Source: Nageia nagi (lineage: Eukaryota; Plantae; Pinophyta). Taken from it: a DNA stretch of 64,000 bases. The notes under the pieces are model-generated. The model did no database searches. It was not told where the DNA came from and saw only the letters and a program-made list of their open reading frames with translations. The stretch spans positions 9,486,001 through 9,550,000 of the forward strand of contig JBITNC010000002.1 of NCBI GenBank assembly GCA_050084985.1. Direction: 5' to 3'. Positions 25,916 to 38,285 of the stretch are shown here, one piece after another. The translations under genes were made by a program, and so were the position numbers. Every line of letters begins with the position of its first letter. The stretch's first letter is position 1.

Positions 25916-28900
25916 CCCAAGCTTGTGTCACACTACCAACTCTCTTGAAGAGTGTGTAGGAGTTTTGGTTGATTGTATCTTGATAGAGTTTTGCAATTAC
26001 TCTACCTAGGATAGATCTAGGTTTTTTATTATGTCTCAAACTCATTCTAAATCATCATTGGTTGAAATTTTTGGAGTGAGAAATGGCATCCATAGCAAAG
26101 CATCCTTGAAAGTTCATCCCCAAGCTAGATAATGAAGTAATAAATCTCATGACACTATAATCCCTTTAAATGAATTTTAGCATGCATATTATTGGCTTTA
26201 GTATTATACCCTTATCAAATATTTCCTAGATCACATCCCTTTAGATGTTGTTCTTAAGACATAGATTGATCAATATTTGTGTCCTTATTGCACTAAAGTT
26301 GATCATGTGCAAAACCTTACTAAAGGCTTTTTCATTTTCAAGTTTCTAAGATTGAATAGGCAAAATAGTTCTTGATAAAGGGCCAAGCTATATTCATAGT
26401 ACCCTATTCATTTTTCAACCTTAGTCTAGAGGTTTCTCAATTAACAATTCTATCTTTTTAGTTTTCCTAGTGTGGGTTGAGTTCCCAAGTCTACCTCTTG
26501 CCATGTGGCCTTTCTTACGTCCACTCACTACTTAGATTGGTGAGTTTATGTGTGATGAACATGTTCAATTCTATTCAACCCATCCATAAATAGGATGTGT
26601 ATTAATGTTGAACTTGCAAAGTATTTGAAAGAGTATCATAATATTTAGGTTGGTGATACCTTGCTTCATTAGAGAGTTGTTTATGTCAATCTCCTAAACA
26701 TGTGCTATCAATATCAATCAAGATCCCATAGGATTAAATATTGTTAGCTAATGATAGACATTTTTAAAAGTAAACCTATTTACCTACTACACCAATGCTT
26801 TCTCTTGCTCATGCACAAAGGGCTCTCAGGAGGAATGGCATATGGTTCCTTTGTGTAAGGGAAAAGGTGTTAAACCTATTAATGTTGGGTAGCCATTGGT
26901 AAGCTATGCTAAGGTGGTAGCTTTAAAATTGATGTTAGAAATTAAAGCTCCTTATCCTCCCACTTCTTAGAGTGTTAAGGAGTCAAGGGATTTTCTAAAT
27001 GAGGATGATCTTCCTCTAGTTTCCATCATTATTCAACAGTTAGAGCAAGAATAAGGGGTTCAATCTTGAATGATGGATCAACATTCTTGTAGCCCATCTT
27101 CAGGAAATATGGTGCATCATATGGATAAATGATGCCATACTAGTCCTTTGAATAAAGGGAAAGAATTTTTTTTCAATAATTGTTTTAGGTCTCTTTCTAA
27201 TTTAGAATCAAATGTGGATTCTCATGGAGGTATTCTCTTATACATTCTTGAATGAATTTCTTTTCATGGAATATTTTAGGATTGAAATATCTAGTCTAAC
27301 ATAATAGGATCCGATAAGAGTTGTTTTCATGTTTCCAAATATATGACCACCTTGATTTTGTGTGTCTATAAGAAGTTAAAGTAGTTGAATTCACTTTGCA
27401 ATCAACATGTTCTTCTATTTGGATAAGCTACCAAATGTATACCATAAATCACATGCATGGGAGTGGTGGTACCATCATTTTTTTAGATAGCAAGTGGAAA
27501 AATAAATTCATATCATAGGTACTAATCCTAATCATCATGCTATGTGGGTATTGCTTGAAGTGGAGGGCATATATTTCAACATCATTAATATTTATGCCTC
27601 GAATAGAGCATAAAAAAGGTATGCATTATGGATTTGGTGTGTACTATCACTTCCACTTGCATTTTAGTTTATGTGTGGAGATTTTAATATGATGGAAAAT
27701 GAATATGACAAATTAACTCCACTTCTAATAAATGGGGCCTTAGGGAGAGTGAGGCACGGTTCTTTATGAAATATATGCTAGGGTTGGTAGACCATAATGA
27801 AAACTTTAATGTGGACCTTTTCTTGGATTATCTTTGGTATATGTGGTCTAATTTTTAACCTAGCCATGCAAGTGTTATCAAACAATTTGATCGTGCTATG
27901 CTTCTCAACCATCAATAATTATCCTTCTTCCAATGGGTTACCTCAACCTCATTTGTGGAAATAATTCTAGGCCTCACCTCCTTTGATCATGTCCACATTA
28001 CTTTTGGAATTTAAATGAACTCATTACCATAGAGGCATTTCAAATCCTAGGACTTCCTAAAAATTTATTTCCTATAGAGTGATATCATTCTTTGCCACAT
28101 CCATAGAGCATGGAACTTAGTCCCCCTACCTTATGGACATTTTGGGTGGATAGATTGGTGGAATGTTTTCATCTTCCATACTTTTGTTATTTTATGTAAG
28201 CTGGGAAAGAAAGTTGCTCAATAAAACACCAATCTTTTGTGGCTCTTCATAATGAGCTAGCTCAATCCTTAATCCATTTGGAAGCCAACCCTTTCTAAAC
28301 ACACTTACAAGCATAAGCTTCTAAGATGAAACATGAGATTAAATTGGTTGAAATTTATGAAGCTAAGGAGCCCAAATTAAGGCTAGGGTACACTAGCTTA
28401 AAATTGGGGACAAAGTGTCCAAGGAATTTTTTCCAAGATTCCTTCTTCCAATACAAGCCACTCAATTTAAAGCTCTATATGATGAAGGATTTTAGTTTAC
28501 CTCTCTTCCAAATATTACTAATTACTTTACTCATCATACCACTCAAGTATTTTGGCTTAACCATACACTCTGAAGTGTTCTCTAGCACTACAAAAGTGTC
28601 AATATGTAATTCCTTTTCCACTCTCACCTTTTCATTAAGATGAGTTTGAGAAGCTCTTAACTATTAATGAGTTAGATGAGGCTCTTATGCAGATGGATGA
28701 TGGAAAAGCTCCAAGACTCAATTGCTTTCCTTGTAAATTTATAAATCTTGCTAGGATCTCCTTGGTTTTGACCTTCATAAAGTTTACCTTAAGCCAATTC
28801 AAGTTGGATCTCTCATGGATATCATTAACAAAGGAAATATTAAGTTCATTCCAAAGCAAGGTGACCCATAGCTCATCATAAAGTAGAGTTCAATTATCCT

Positions 28901-31900
28901 TTTGAATATTAACTATAAAATCATCTCAAAGGCCCTTATGTTATGTCTTAGACCTATCTTTTTTATTATTATTCATCCTTAGCAAACTAGATTCATTTAG
29001 AATAGCTACATTTTGGTTATACCTATTTGGGAAGGAATGGAGTGGGCTTGGTCAACCACAAAATGAGCTATCTTTGTGAATCTTGATTTTGAAAAAGCTT
29101 ATGACATGATATAATGGGTCTTCATTATTTCCATGTTGGAAGCTTTAGGATTTGGCCCTATATTTGTGACCACTATAAATATGCTATTTAATGATATTTT
29201 GTTGTTCTTTATTTGAAAAATATGTAGATTGATGCCATATGGATTCATAGATATATCCAATAGGGTTTCTCATTATCCCTATCTATTTATGTGTTAGTTG
29301 TAGAAGCTTTTGGATATTTACTTGCCAAGAATTCCAATGAAGGAAAAATACATGGGATCATACTTCCTAGGAATCAAGGTTAGGTTGTCAATGGTTATTT
29401 TGTAGATGATTATTTATTAACCATACATGAGGATGAATAGTACATATCTAGTGTAGTAGAATGCTTAGACATGTTCTACCAGGCTTCTAGCTCTAGCATT
29501 TAATGGAAAAAACTTTCTGCTATAGGTAATCCCCTCTGAACATACCATCTTGGTTAGCTAATTATCAATGGAATTAGATTCAACATTGGAATATTTTCAA
29601 GTTTAAAGGCATCCCATTTGTGTTTTAGGGGTGTCCACCTCAACTATGGAACTATGTGATTGCTAAAGTGGAAAAAAAGCTAGACTACTGGAATTCCAAA
29701 AAGCTCTCATTAGTAGGAAAATTTGAAATTTGCTCCAAGGTTCTTACATCCACCCATGTGTACTAATCATCTTATTGGGTGCCTTCATAGGCTTACTATA
29801 ATAAATTGAAAAGCTTATTTGAGATTTCCTCCAATATAAGCCATCTAATTGAAAGCTAAATATGATGGAGGAATTCAGTTAACATCTCTTTCAAAGATTG
29901 CTAATTACTTTATCCATCATTACACACAAGTGTTTATAGCTTAGCCTTACACTTCAAAGTGATCTCTAGCTCTATAAAAGTGTAAAGATGTAATTCCTTC
30001 TACACTCTCTCCTTTGCATCAAGCTAAATGTGAGAAGCTCTTAAATATTAAGGAGTTAGATGAGGCTCTTATGTCAATGACAGACATAAAATCTCCAAGA
30101 CTTGATGGCTCTTATTATGAATTTTATAGAACATGCTAATATTTCCTTGGATTTGACCTTCATAAAATTTACCTTGAGGTAGTAAAAGTTGGATCTCTCA
30201 AGGATCTCATTAACAAAGGAAATATTAAGTTCATCCCAAAGTAAGGTGACCTAGAGCTCATTACAAACTGGAGGTTAATTACTCTTTTGAATGTTAGTTA
30301 TAAAATCATCTTAAAGGCCCTTGCATTAAGTCTTAGACCTATCCTTTCAATCATTATTCATATTGAGAAAATTGGATTCATTCAAAATCACTACATCCTA
30401 AATAATTTTATAGTCATTTGGGAAGAAATAGAGTGGGATTGGTCAACCAACCAATGAGACCTCTTTGTGAAGCTGGATTTTGAAAAAGCTTATGACAAGA
30501 TAGAATGGGTATTCATTCTTTCTATGTTGGAAGCTTTAGGGTTTCACCCTAGATTTGTTATCATCATGAAGATGCTATCTAATTATTCTTCTATTGCTCT
30601 TTCTTTGAATAATATGCAAACTGAAGCATTAACACTTCATCACTCTATCGAAAAACATTGCCAGTTAGTCCCATTTCTTTATGTGCTAGCCAGAGAAGCT
30701 TTTAGATATCTACTTTCCAAGCATTTAAATTAAGAAAAAATTTATGAGATTGTGCTCCCTAGAAACCAAGGTTAGCTTGTCAATGAATAATTTATAGATG
30801 ATTCTTTCTTAACCATCCATGAGTATGAATAGTCCATATCTAAGAAAATATAATGCCTATACATGTTTTGTTAGGCTTATAGCTCTAGCATTCATTAGGA
30901 AAAAACCTTCAGCTTTAGCAAATCCCCTTCAAACATGCTAGCTTGGTTAGCCAATTATTAATGGAATTTGATTCAACCTAGGGAGTTTTTTAAGTTTTTA
31001 GTCATCCCCTTTGTATTTCAGCAATCACCATCCCAGCTTTAGAACTATGTGATTTCTAAAGTGGAAAAAAAAAGGTAAACTACAAGTTAGAACTCCAAAA
31101 AGATCTCATTAGAAGGAAAATATCAAAATTTCTCTAAGATTTGTGTATCCACATATGTGTACTATTCATCTTGTTGGGTGCCTTCACAAGCCTGATATAA
31201 TAAATTGGAAAAGATTCTTCAAGATTTCCTTTGGAATAGTAAAGTAGATAAGAAGGTATTTCAAAGAATTACTTGGCAAACTTGTTACCTTTCTCAAGAC
31301 TCTAGGGGAATGGATCTTTTTTATTGCAATCACCAAGGCATGGCTCTCTCTACTAAGTGGATTATCAAAACTCTAAGAGGGCTTGAATATTAGAAAGCCA
31401 TCATCAAAAATGTTATATATATAGGCCTACCTCTTAACAAAAAAATGTGGAAGGGGTTAGATTTTTCTTCTTTGATTATGGCTTCGATGTTTGTCAAAAT
31501 TCTAGAATCCTTTATTATTCAAAGCATCTAGAAAGATTGGAAGCAAATGGTTCCTTGGATTAAATTAAAGGGTTTTAGATTTCAAAAAGGGCTCTCTATG
31601 AATCAATTGAATATTTGGTGCTCCTTGCTTTTTCAGCTTAATAATACCCCTCAAGCCCAATATTAATGGGTGCATGCCTATAATTTTTTCAAATGAGGCA
31701 TTGTTACTATTGCTAATTTTTTGATCTAAGCACTCTAGGATTTGGATTTCCTAGGATAATTTTAGGTATTCTTTTTGCCTAAATTTCTTGAATATAGCCA
31801 CCTTTGACATTGTTATTAAGCTAACACCTTTTTTGGATCTACATAAGATTGGTGTTAACTATTAGAAACCTTGGTGGAATGATTGGGGATGGTATCTTGA

Positions 31901-32852
31901 TACCCCCTTACTTAATTATAGAGTGACCCTGGGTTACAACTAGCTTACACCAAAGCTACCCATGGTTCCACAACTTAATGAGAAATGGGATTTGGTTTCC
32001 AAATATACTAGGTGGAAGCAACACTTTAGAGCTATATGGGCTTCATGCCATGAGCCAAAAAAATCCTTTTTTATTTAGAGTTTATTCAGTCAGAGTCTTC
32101 CCTTAGGTTCTCACCTTAAGTATATTGGAGTCCTAGACCTTAGGTATGCTTTTTGTAATGAACTAGAGTCCATTATGCATGTGTTTTGCTCATTAGATAC
32201 CTCTACCATTTTCATGGAAGCATGCATTGCTCAAGGATTATTTTACCCTCACCCTTCCTTTGAGAACTATGTGGCAAATATTTTGTTCCACTCTTTTATT
32301 TCATATCTAGAAATCAAGAAACAAAGTGATTTTTTAAGAAGCTATTTCTACATTTGAGTTTGCTCTAGCTAATAAGATCAAGGTTTTTTTTACACATGGG
32401 TGTAGAATATTGATCAAGCTCAAAATTTGGAGCTTAATATTTCCCATATCCATACCTTGCTAGAGTATTGGGCTAATTTTTTTATGCTATTAGCAGATTA
32501 CCTCCTAGTCTAGCCTCTTAAGATCTCTCGCACTCTATCTCATGTCTACTTCTCCTATCATGTTCATGATCATAACATGATGTTCAAAATTGGGTCTGCT
32601 CTTCCCCTCCTCAAAAGCATTTTTATGATTATGGGTTTAGCTCATCCTATGGGGTGGGACATGTAGTCTCCAAACATTCATGCTTTGGGTTGGATTTCAT
32701 TTACATCCTCAACATCGATTGTCTAGCAAGGGTGGTCTCAACCTTTGTCTCTATAGCATGCCATAGGATGGGGTGATAAAGAAGCTATCCCACATTGGTC
32801 TAATGATGGGTGGGACCTTTACCCTTTGATATCTAATGAATGGAATCACATG
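25916..32852 (+). mobile_element. L1 LINE, family copy A; internal RT duplication; 3' end truncated
   Basis: 5' end matches 38311 onward (GTCACAC.ACCAACTCTCTTGAAGAGTGTGTAGG); ORF1 VWVEFP; APE CVGDFNM, FDH; RT KLDFEKAYDKIEW, FVDD; zf-RVT-like; GW-rich tail 32585-32852. Confidence 0.92.
28448..31230 (+). repeat. ~1.38-kb tandem duplication of the L1 RT region
   Basis: Unit 1 28448-29830, unit 2 29831-31230; LDFEKAYD occurs near 29083 and 30473; copy B has a single unit. Confidence 0.9.
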
Positions 32853-33041
32853 AATGAAATGATATTTATAATTATAATGAATGAAGCATGAATTAATAAA
32901 ATAAGATAACCAAAAAAAGCTTGGCAATTTTATTATAAATCTTAATTTTATTAGAAGTAATCATTAAAATACATAAGCGATATATATTTATCTTTAAAAT
33001 TTTTTTGATACATCATAAAAAGCATTAATTTTAACAAAATT

Positions 33042-33545
33042 AAAAGACAACATTCATTCACTAAGATTTTTTATCCCTACTGTAACTAAGAATTAATATA
33101 TGGGCTTTGGTATGCCCAAAATATTTAGAAGAATATTGTTTGGATTCTTAAAAGGGAAATACCACTAAAACATTTATTGAGGATTTTGAAGTTATCAAGG
33201 GATGGCTATCTTAATTTCTTTGATACAAATAGAGAATCTAAGTGGTGCATAAATAGGATAAATAAAGCATGCAAGGTTATGATATTATATTCTAATAATT
33301 TTATTGTGTTTGAAAATAAGGATAAACAAATTAATGTGTCTTAGAAAGCTTTGATCTTAGGACTATATAGATCTAACTCTTAGAATTTTCTCTCTTTGTT
33401 TTAAGATAAAATCATCAAGTACTAATAGTTAATTATCTAATGGATTAATTTCATTTGAAACTAGAAAATTGATTAGAGGAATGAGAAATGTTTTATCAGC
33501 ATTTGAGAGGTATTAGAGAAAATGCAATTTTAAAATGAACATAGG
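33042..33545 (+). pseudogene. Decayed paralogue of the G-type lectin RLK
   Basis: KDNIHSLRFFIP..KN*YMG/WYAQNI*KNIVWILKREIPLKHLLRILKLSRDGYLNFFDTNRESKWCINRINKACKVMILYSNNFIV.../ESFD aligns collinearly with KNGTFALGFFSP..NNWYVGIWYAQVPEKTVVWVANRETPLKNTAGVLNLSREGQLGLFDADGVSIWWVNGTNKVSGAFLLDSGNFVI...ESFG of the 1-1020 gene. May extend further 3'. Confidence 0.85.
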
Positions 33546-34569
33546 CTTAAGTATGAAGGATAATAATATTTCATGGTTTGATTTTTACACATGGTATTTG
33601 AATTTTTGAAATTCATTCCCTACTCAAATTGTTACAACATTTAACTACCTCTAGTACTAGCCTTTCTTTTATTTCCTCATCCATAAATGAGAGTTTAATA
33701 CTTTATGCTATAAAAGCATATGTGTTTATATAATTTTATTAACTTTGTGGTACATACCATACCTTTGTTAGATCTTAGTGTCCCAAATACCTAACCTTTG
33801 CAAGGATGAATGTATTTAGATATATTAGTATTATTCATAAATTAGGAGATCCATTGAGTGATAGAAAAATATATTTGCAACTCAATCGTTTGCTCTATAA
33901 CTATGTATTCTATCCTACTTAATTTGGGGCATACTAGTATTGTATAATTGCTCATAGAATTATGTATATTGTATACTAGTTTTGTATGTATTAAATTTGA
34001 ATGTACTAATAAATGTTTTCACAATAACCTTTCATAAGTTAGTTTTCTTTAAAGGGTTATAAGTCTAGTTTGAGACCTTCACTTTAAGTTAGTCTTTTTC
34101 TATTAAATAAGAACTTAGTACATCTAATATGTTGACATAATATAATACTAAAATATATGAGTTTATTAGTAATTGATTTCTTTAATATGTATTTATATAT
34201 TCATTAAATTTTATTATTATCTTTAAAATTAGTTTCTAAAATAATAATATATGTACTAAAGTTTAATATGTTATTTATATAAGAAAAGTAGGTTCACTTG
34301 AAAAATCTATTGTTTATATTTTCTATGTATCGTGCAAGATGAGGGAAAGGTTGTATGTCATTAGATCTTACCAAATTTTCTCTCCTTGAGCTTCCACATG
34401 ACTTTTTCATACCCATTCCACACCATGATAGTATATTAGTATGCTAATATATCCATTTTTATATTATAGTTGTATACACATTAATTGATGTTAACATATT
34501 TATTTTACTTTATTTCTCTTATGGTTATTTTTGACCTATAGGAGTTAATATGCTCCTTAACCATTTTTG

Positions 34570-36250
34570 ATGCTATGGAAGTTCTATTTTCCAATACTTA
34601 TGGATTTATCTTCTTGGTTAAATAATATTTTCCTTCTCTTGTTGACAATTTGACATCAATAAGGAATCAATATGCTTTTGTACAACCTTGCCCATAGTAT
34701 GGAGTTCAGTATTGCTTTTAAATGGAAGATAGCATGACAACTTAGTTAACATATTGAAACCAAATTATCCCTTCTTAGGGGAGTCTCTTATTAGAAACCA
34801 TACTATAATTTGAAATAATGGTGGGTTTGAATCAAAACCTAAATTATCTTCAAATTATTTTCTTATTAATTTATTTATATTAGAATTTCAATTTCAAACT
34901 ATCTGCTTCATCAAACAAATATTATAGTAAGAATTATATCATTTACAATCATTGAAAAATAAAAAGGATGGTATGATATGAAATATTAATATTATTCTAC
35001 CAACAAATTAAATGTAATAAACAACTATTTACAATCAAATCATTCTCTACAAGGAATTGGATAGACAACTCAACTATTTAAAATTAAAAACCAAAACCTA
35101 CTGGAAGATCATTATTGTATTTAGATTTTTGTATGTCAACTTTTGGAGTCAAAGGTCCCCCTATGATTTCTTCTATGTTGTAATACAGAGAAGATCTCTA
35201 GACCAAATTTTGTATACCATGTAACTCATTAAAGTTTTAATACAAATTTTTTAACTACAAAAAAAAAATTGATATAGAAAAAAAATTTAAAAATATGTAA
35301 ATATAATATAAAAATATTAAATAGAAAAAAAACTAAAAAAATTGACAGTTAAAATTCATATTGATATAAATAATAAGAACTTTTATCTCTAAAATATTTA
35401 CAGTTATTGGTAATACTTTAAATAACATAACATTCCCACTTACCTAAAATAATATTTCATCTATATAGCATGTCAAGGATGGAATTATTGAAAGGGAAGC
35501 CCAAACTCTATGGAATTATAGAATTACTATGATATTCCTTTCACTTGTTAAACTCTATGGTATTGTTTAACAAAGGAAATATAATGATTGTCTTTATAAC
35601 AAAAACATAAGAACCAAATGCCATGTCAATTTTAGAAGCAAATATTACACAATTAACTTGAAATCCTTACTTTTTAAATAATTGTTGAAAATTATATTAA
35701 TGATAATGAATATTGGTTTACTTTGTGAATTTGAAAAAAAAAAACCTTTGATAATGCTTACAATGGTAAACTATTTTGAATTGTATGACCAATTTAGAAA
35801 TGTAGCTTCTAAACTAATATCAACAACTTATAGGCTTTAGGAGAAAGTTATCACCAAGCTCAAAAGTAAGCAAGGGTGCCTTGATGAAATTAGTGAAAAT
35901 ATTAGAGTTAAATAAGAATACTTATTATTCTCAATTGTATTTATTATTTACATAAACTAACTAAAATAATATTTATAATAAATTAAATGCATAATTACCA
36001 ACTTCATCATCGTTTTCCTAATGTATGTTATAGATAATTTTTTGTTAGCCAACTATTGTTATGTTATTATAAAAAACTAATAATCTTGTAGATATTTTAA
36101 AATATATATGGTTCAATAGTTAATGTGGATAAAATAAAAAAATGTAATTCTCAAACCTAAAAGGATGCTTCACCCTACAATAATGTTTAACAATAAATCT
36201 TTAAAGGTGATTTATTTTTGTAAAGGATGAGATATTAATATTAACATTAA
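34570..36250 (+). repeat. Second copy of the 7870-9180 segment, including the RTE-group RT remnant (~35430-36250)
   Basis: Collinear similarity to 7870-9180; FVNLKK, IRVK*EY, LMYVID remnants. Confidence 0.8.
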
Positions 36251-37931
36251 ACTAAATAGTACAAAGATTTTTTTATATATCCATAATCATATGATAAATT
36301 TATTTATGAATAGGTTATATAATCCCATATTTGAGTTGAATTAGTCACTATAAAGGATCCTTAAGTGGATGGGGATGATCAATCCCCATACATTCCAAAT
36401 CATGTGATAAGTAATTATTTGAACATCTCCCATGTTTGAATACTTTGCACTCATAGCTCTAACATCTCCCATGCTAGGGCTTATACAACTAATAAGGTAC
36501 ACACATTTATCAATGAACATTGATGCTTCTGTATGAAGTGACCCTAAAGTGTATGCTAAGTGAATCAAATTCTTATCACCTCCTATGATAGAATTCAATG
36601 TTCATCCCACTACCTTACAAATAATTGAAGTACCTTTATCTACCTATAACACATGTAAAGGATTATCACTTAAATCTTGTAATAAATACCTACCCATAAT
36701 TCTCATAATTACTACCATTGCTAGAAATAATCTTTACATTATTCCTTAGCTAAGTTTCTTATGGACTTTCAAGATAAGGTATAACTAGACTTGTTTCTTT
36801 TTATTGACTTTCAATATTATCTATATATATTCTAAGTAACCTCTATTTTATATTTTTACTTATGGTGAAATATCATCCATTTTATGTAGATCCCACTGCA
36901 AGATTTTTTGGGAGTCCAAACCCATACCTACAAAATGGAACCCAATCATTTCAAGTACAAGTTGATCTTAGAATTTTGAATCTATGTTAAATGTTTACAA
37001 TAAGTTCTCTTAGAGTTATGGTTACTAGTTGGGTCATAACATCTTCAAAGAGTTTTATCACTTTTCAAAAGTTAATCATCATAAAATTTACTAAGATTGA
37101 ATATTAAATTTCGATGGCTATTTACTCATATGCTAAATCATATTTTAGTTTCTATACTGTACTTGACATTTCATTACATAATAGAAAAGAAATCAATCCA
37201 AGACTTAAATGATATTATAAAAGAAACTAAAATAACATTGTAATATCCATCTATCAATTTTCCATTGAAATATAATATATTTTTAATTCACATTCATACT
37301 AATCTGAATAAAGCAAAAATAACATTTTCTACATCTTGAACAATATTAAAGCCTTAAATCACATAATACAATTTTTTCCTCTTGGTTTCTTTTTTTTTAA
37401 TGAATTTACAAAATCATAAATATCCCTTGATTTTCAATATATGGTAAATACATCTATCATTCTCCTTTGTTGCACTTGAGCCTTCTTTTTACAAGTATAA
37501 TATGAATCTTTATAATGGATGTAAACTTTAATGGATAAGATCAACACTTATTTTGAAGTTCTAAATGCATCTTATCGGAATTTTTAATACTTATGCAAAT
37601 GTAGAAACATAATGCTTTATAATAATAACTACCCTTATTATATTATTTCAACAAGCACATCCCTTCTTGATGTTCATTAATCATAAAAAAAATATAACTC
37701 TAACTAAGTATTTATTTCGTTCTATTTCAACATAAACTTAAATTTCAAAATTCTTTCACTTTATACAAAAAATAAATATTTGAAAAAAAATACACATTTT
37801 CTTTTCCTTTCATTACAAATGATATAATATAATTTATATTGAATTATAGTAAATACATTTAAATTAAATTGTATTATATTAATTATATTTTTTTATATTA
37901 TAACATATAATACTATTAAATTATATCTATA

Positions 37932-37933
<2 letters not shown>

Positions 37934-37989
<56 letters not shown>
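37934..37989. repeat. (TA)n microsatellite, about 28 units
   Basis: Direct reading. Confidence 0.97.
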
Positions 37990-37994
<5 letters not shown>

Positions 37995-38237
37995 TTTTAA
38001 ATCAACATGGGGGCTAGCCACCACTCCATGCATCACCTAGCCTCCCCACAATACAAACAAAGGAGGGGGGAGTTGGGACATGGTAAGTGAGGTTGCACCA
38101 TCCCAAGCATTGTAGATGGCTAGTCTTAGTTGTGTTGGAGCTAGGTGGGATGGCCATTTAAAGATTGTTGTTTTCTTACCTTCCAAACATATATACAAAG
38201 GGGGATCAACTAGTATTCTACTATGTCATGCTCTTTG

Positions 38238-38238
<1 letters not shown>

Positions 38239-38280
<42 letters not shown>
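38239..38280. repeat. (TA)n microsatellite, about 21 units
   Basis: Direct reading. Confidence 0.97.

Positions 38281-38285
<5 letters not shown>

Noticed and set aside
36250-37700. Possible Helitron Rep or kinase remnant on the minus strand (FCRYGF, PSMGDV, NMGDVQ)
   Set aside because: Motifs too short and not convincingly collinear; needs BLASTX.
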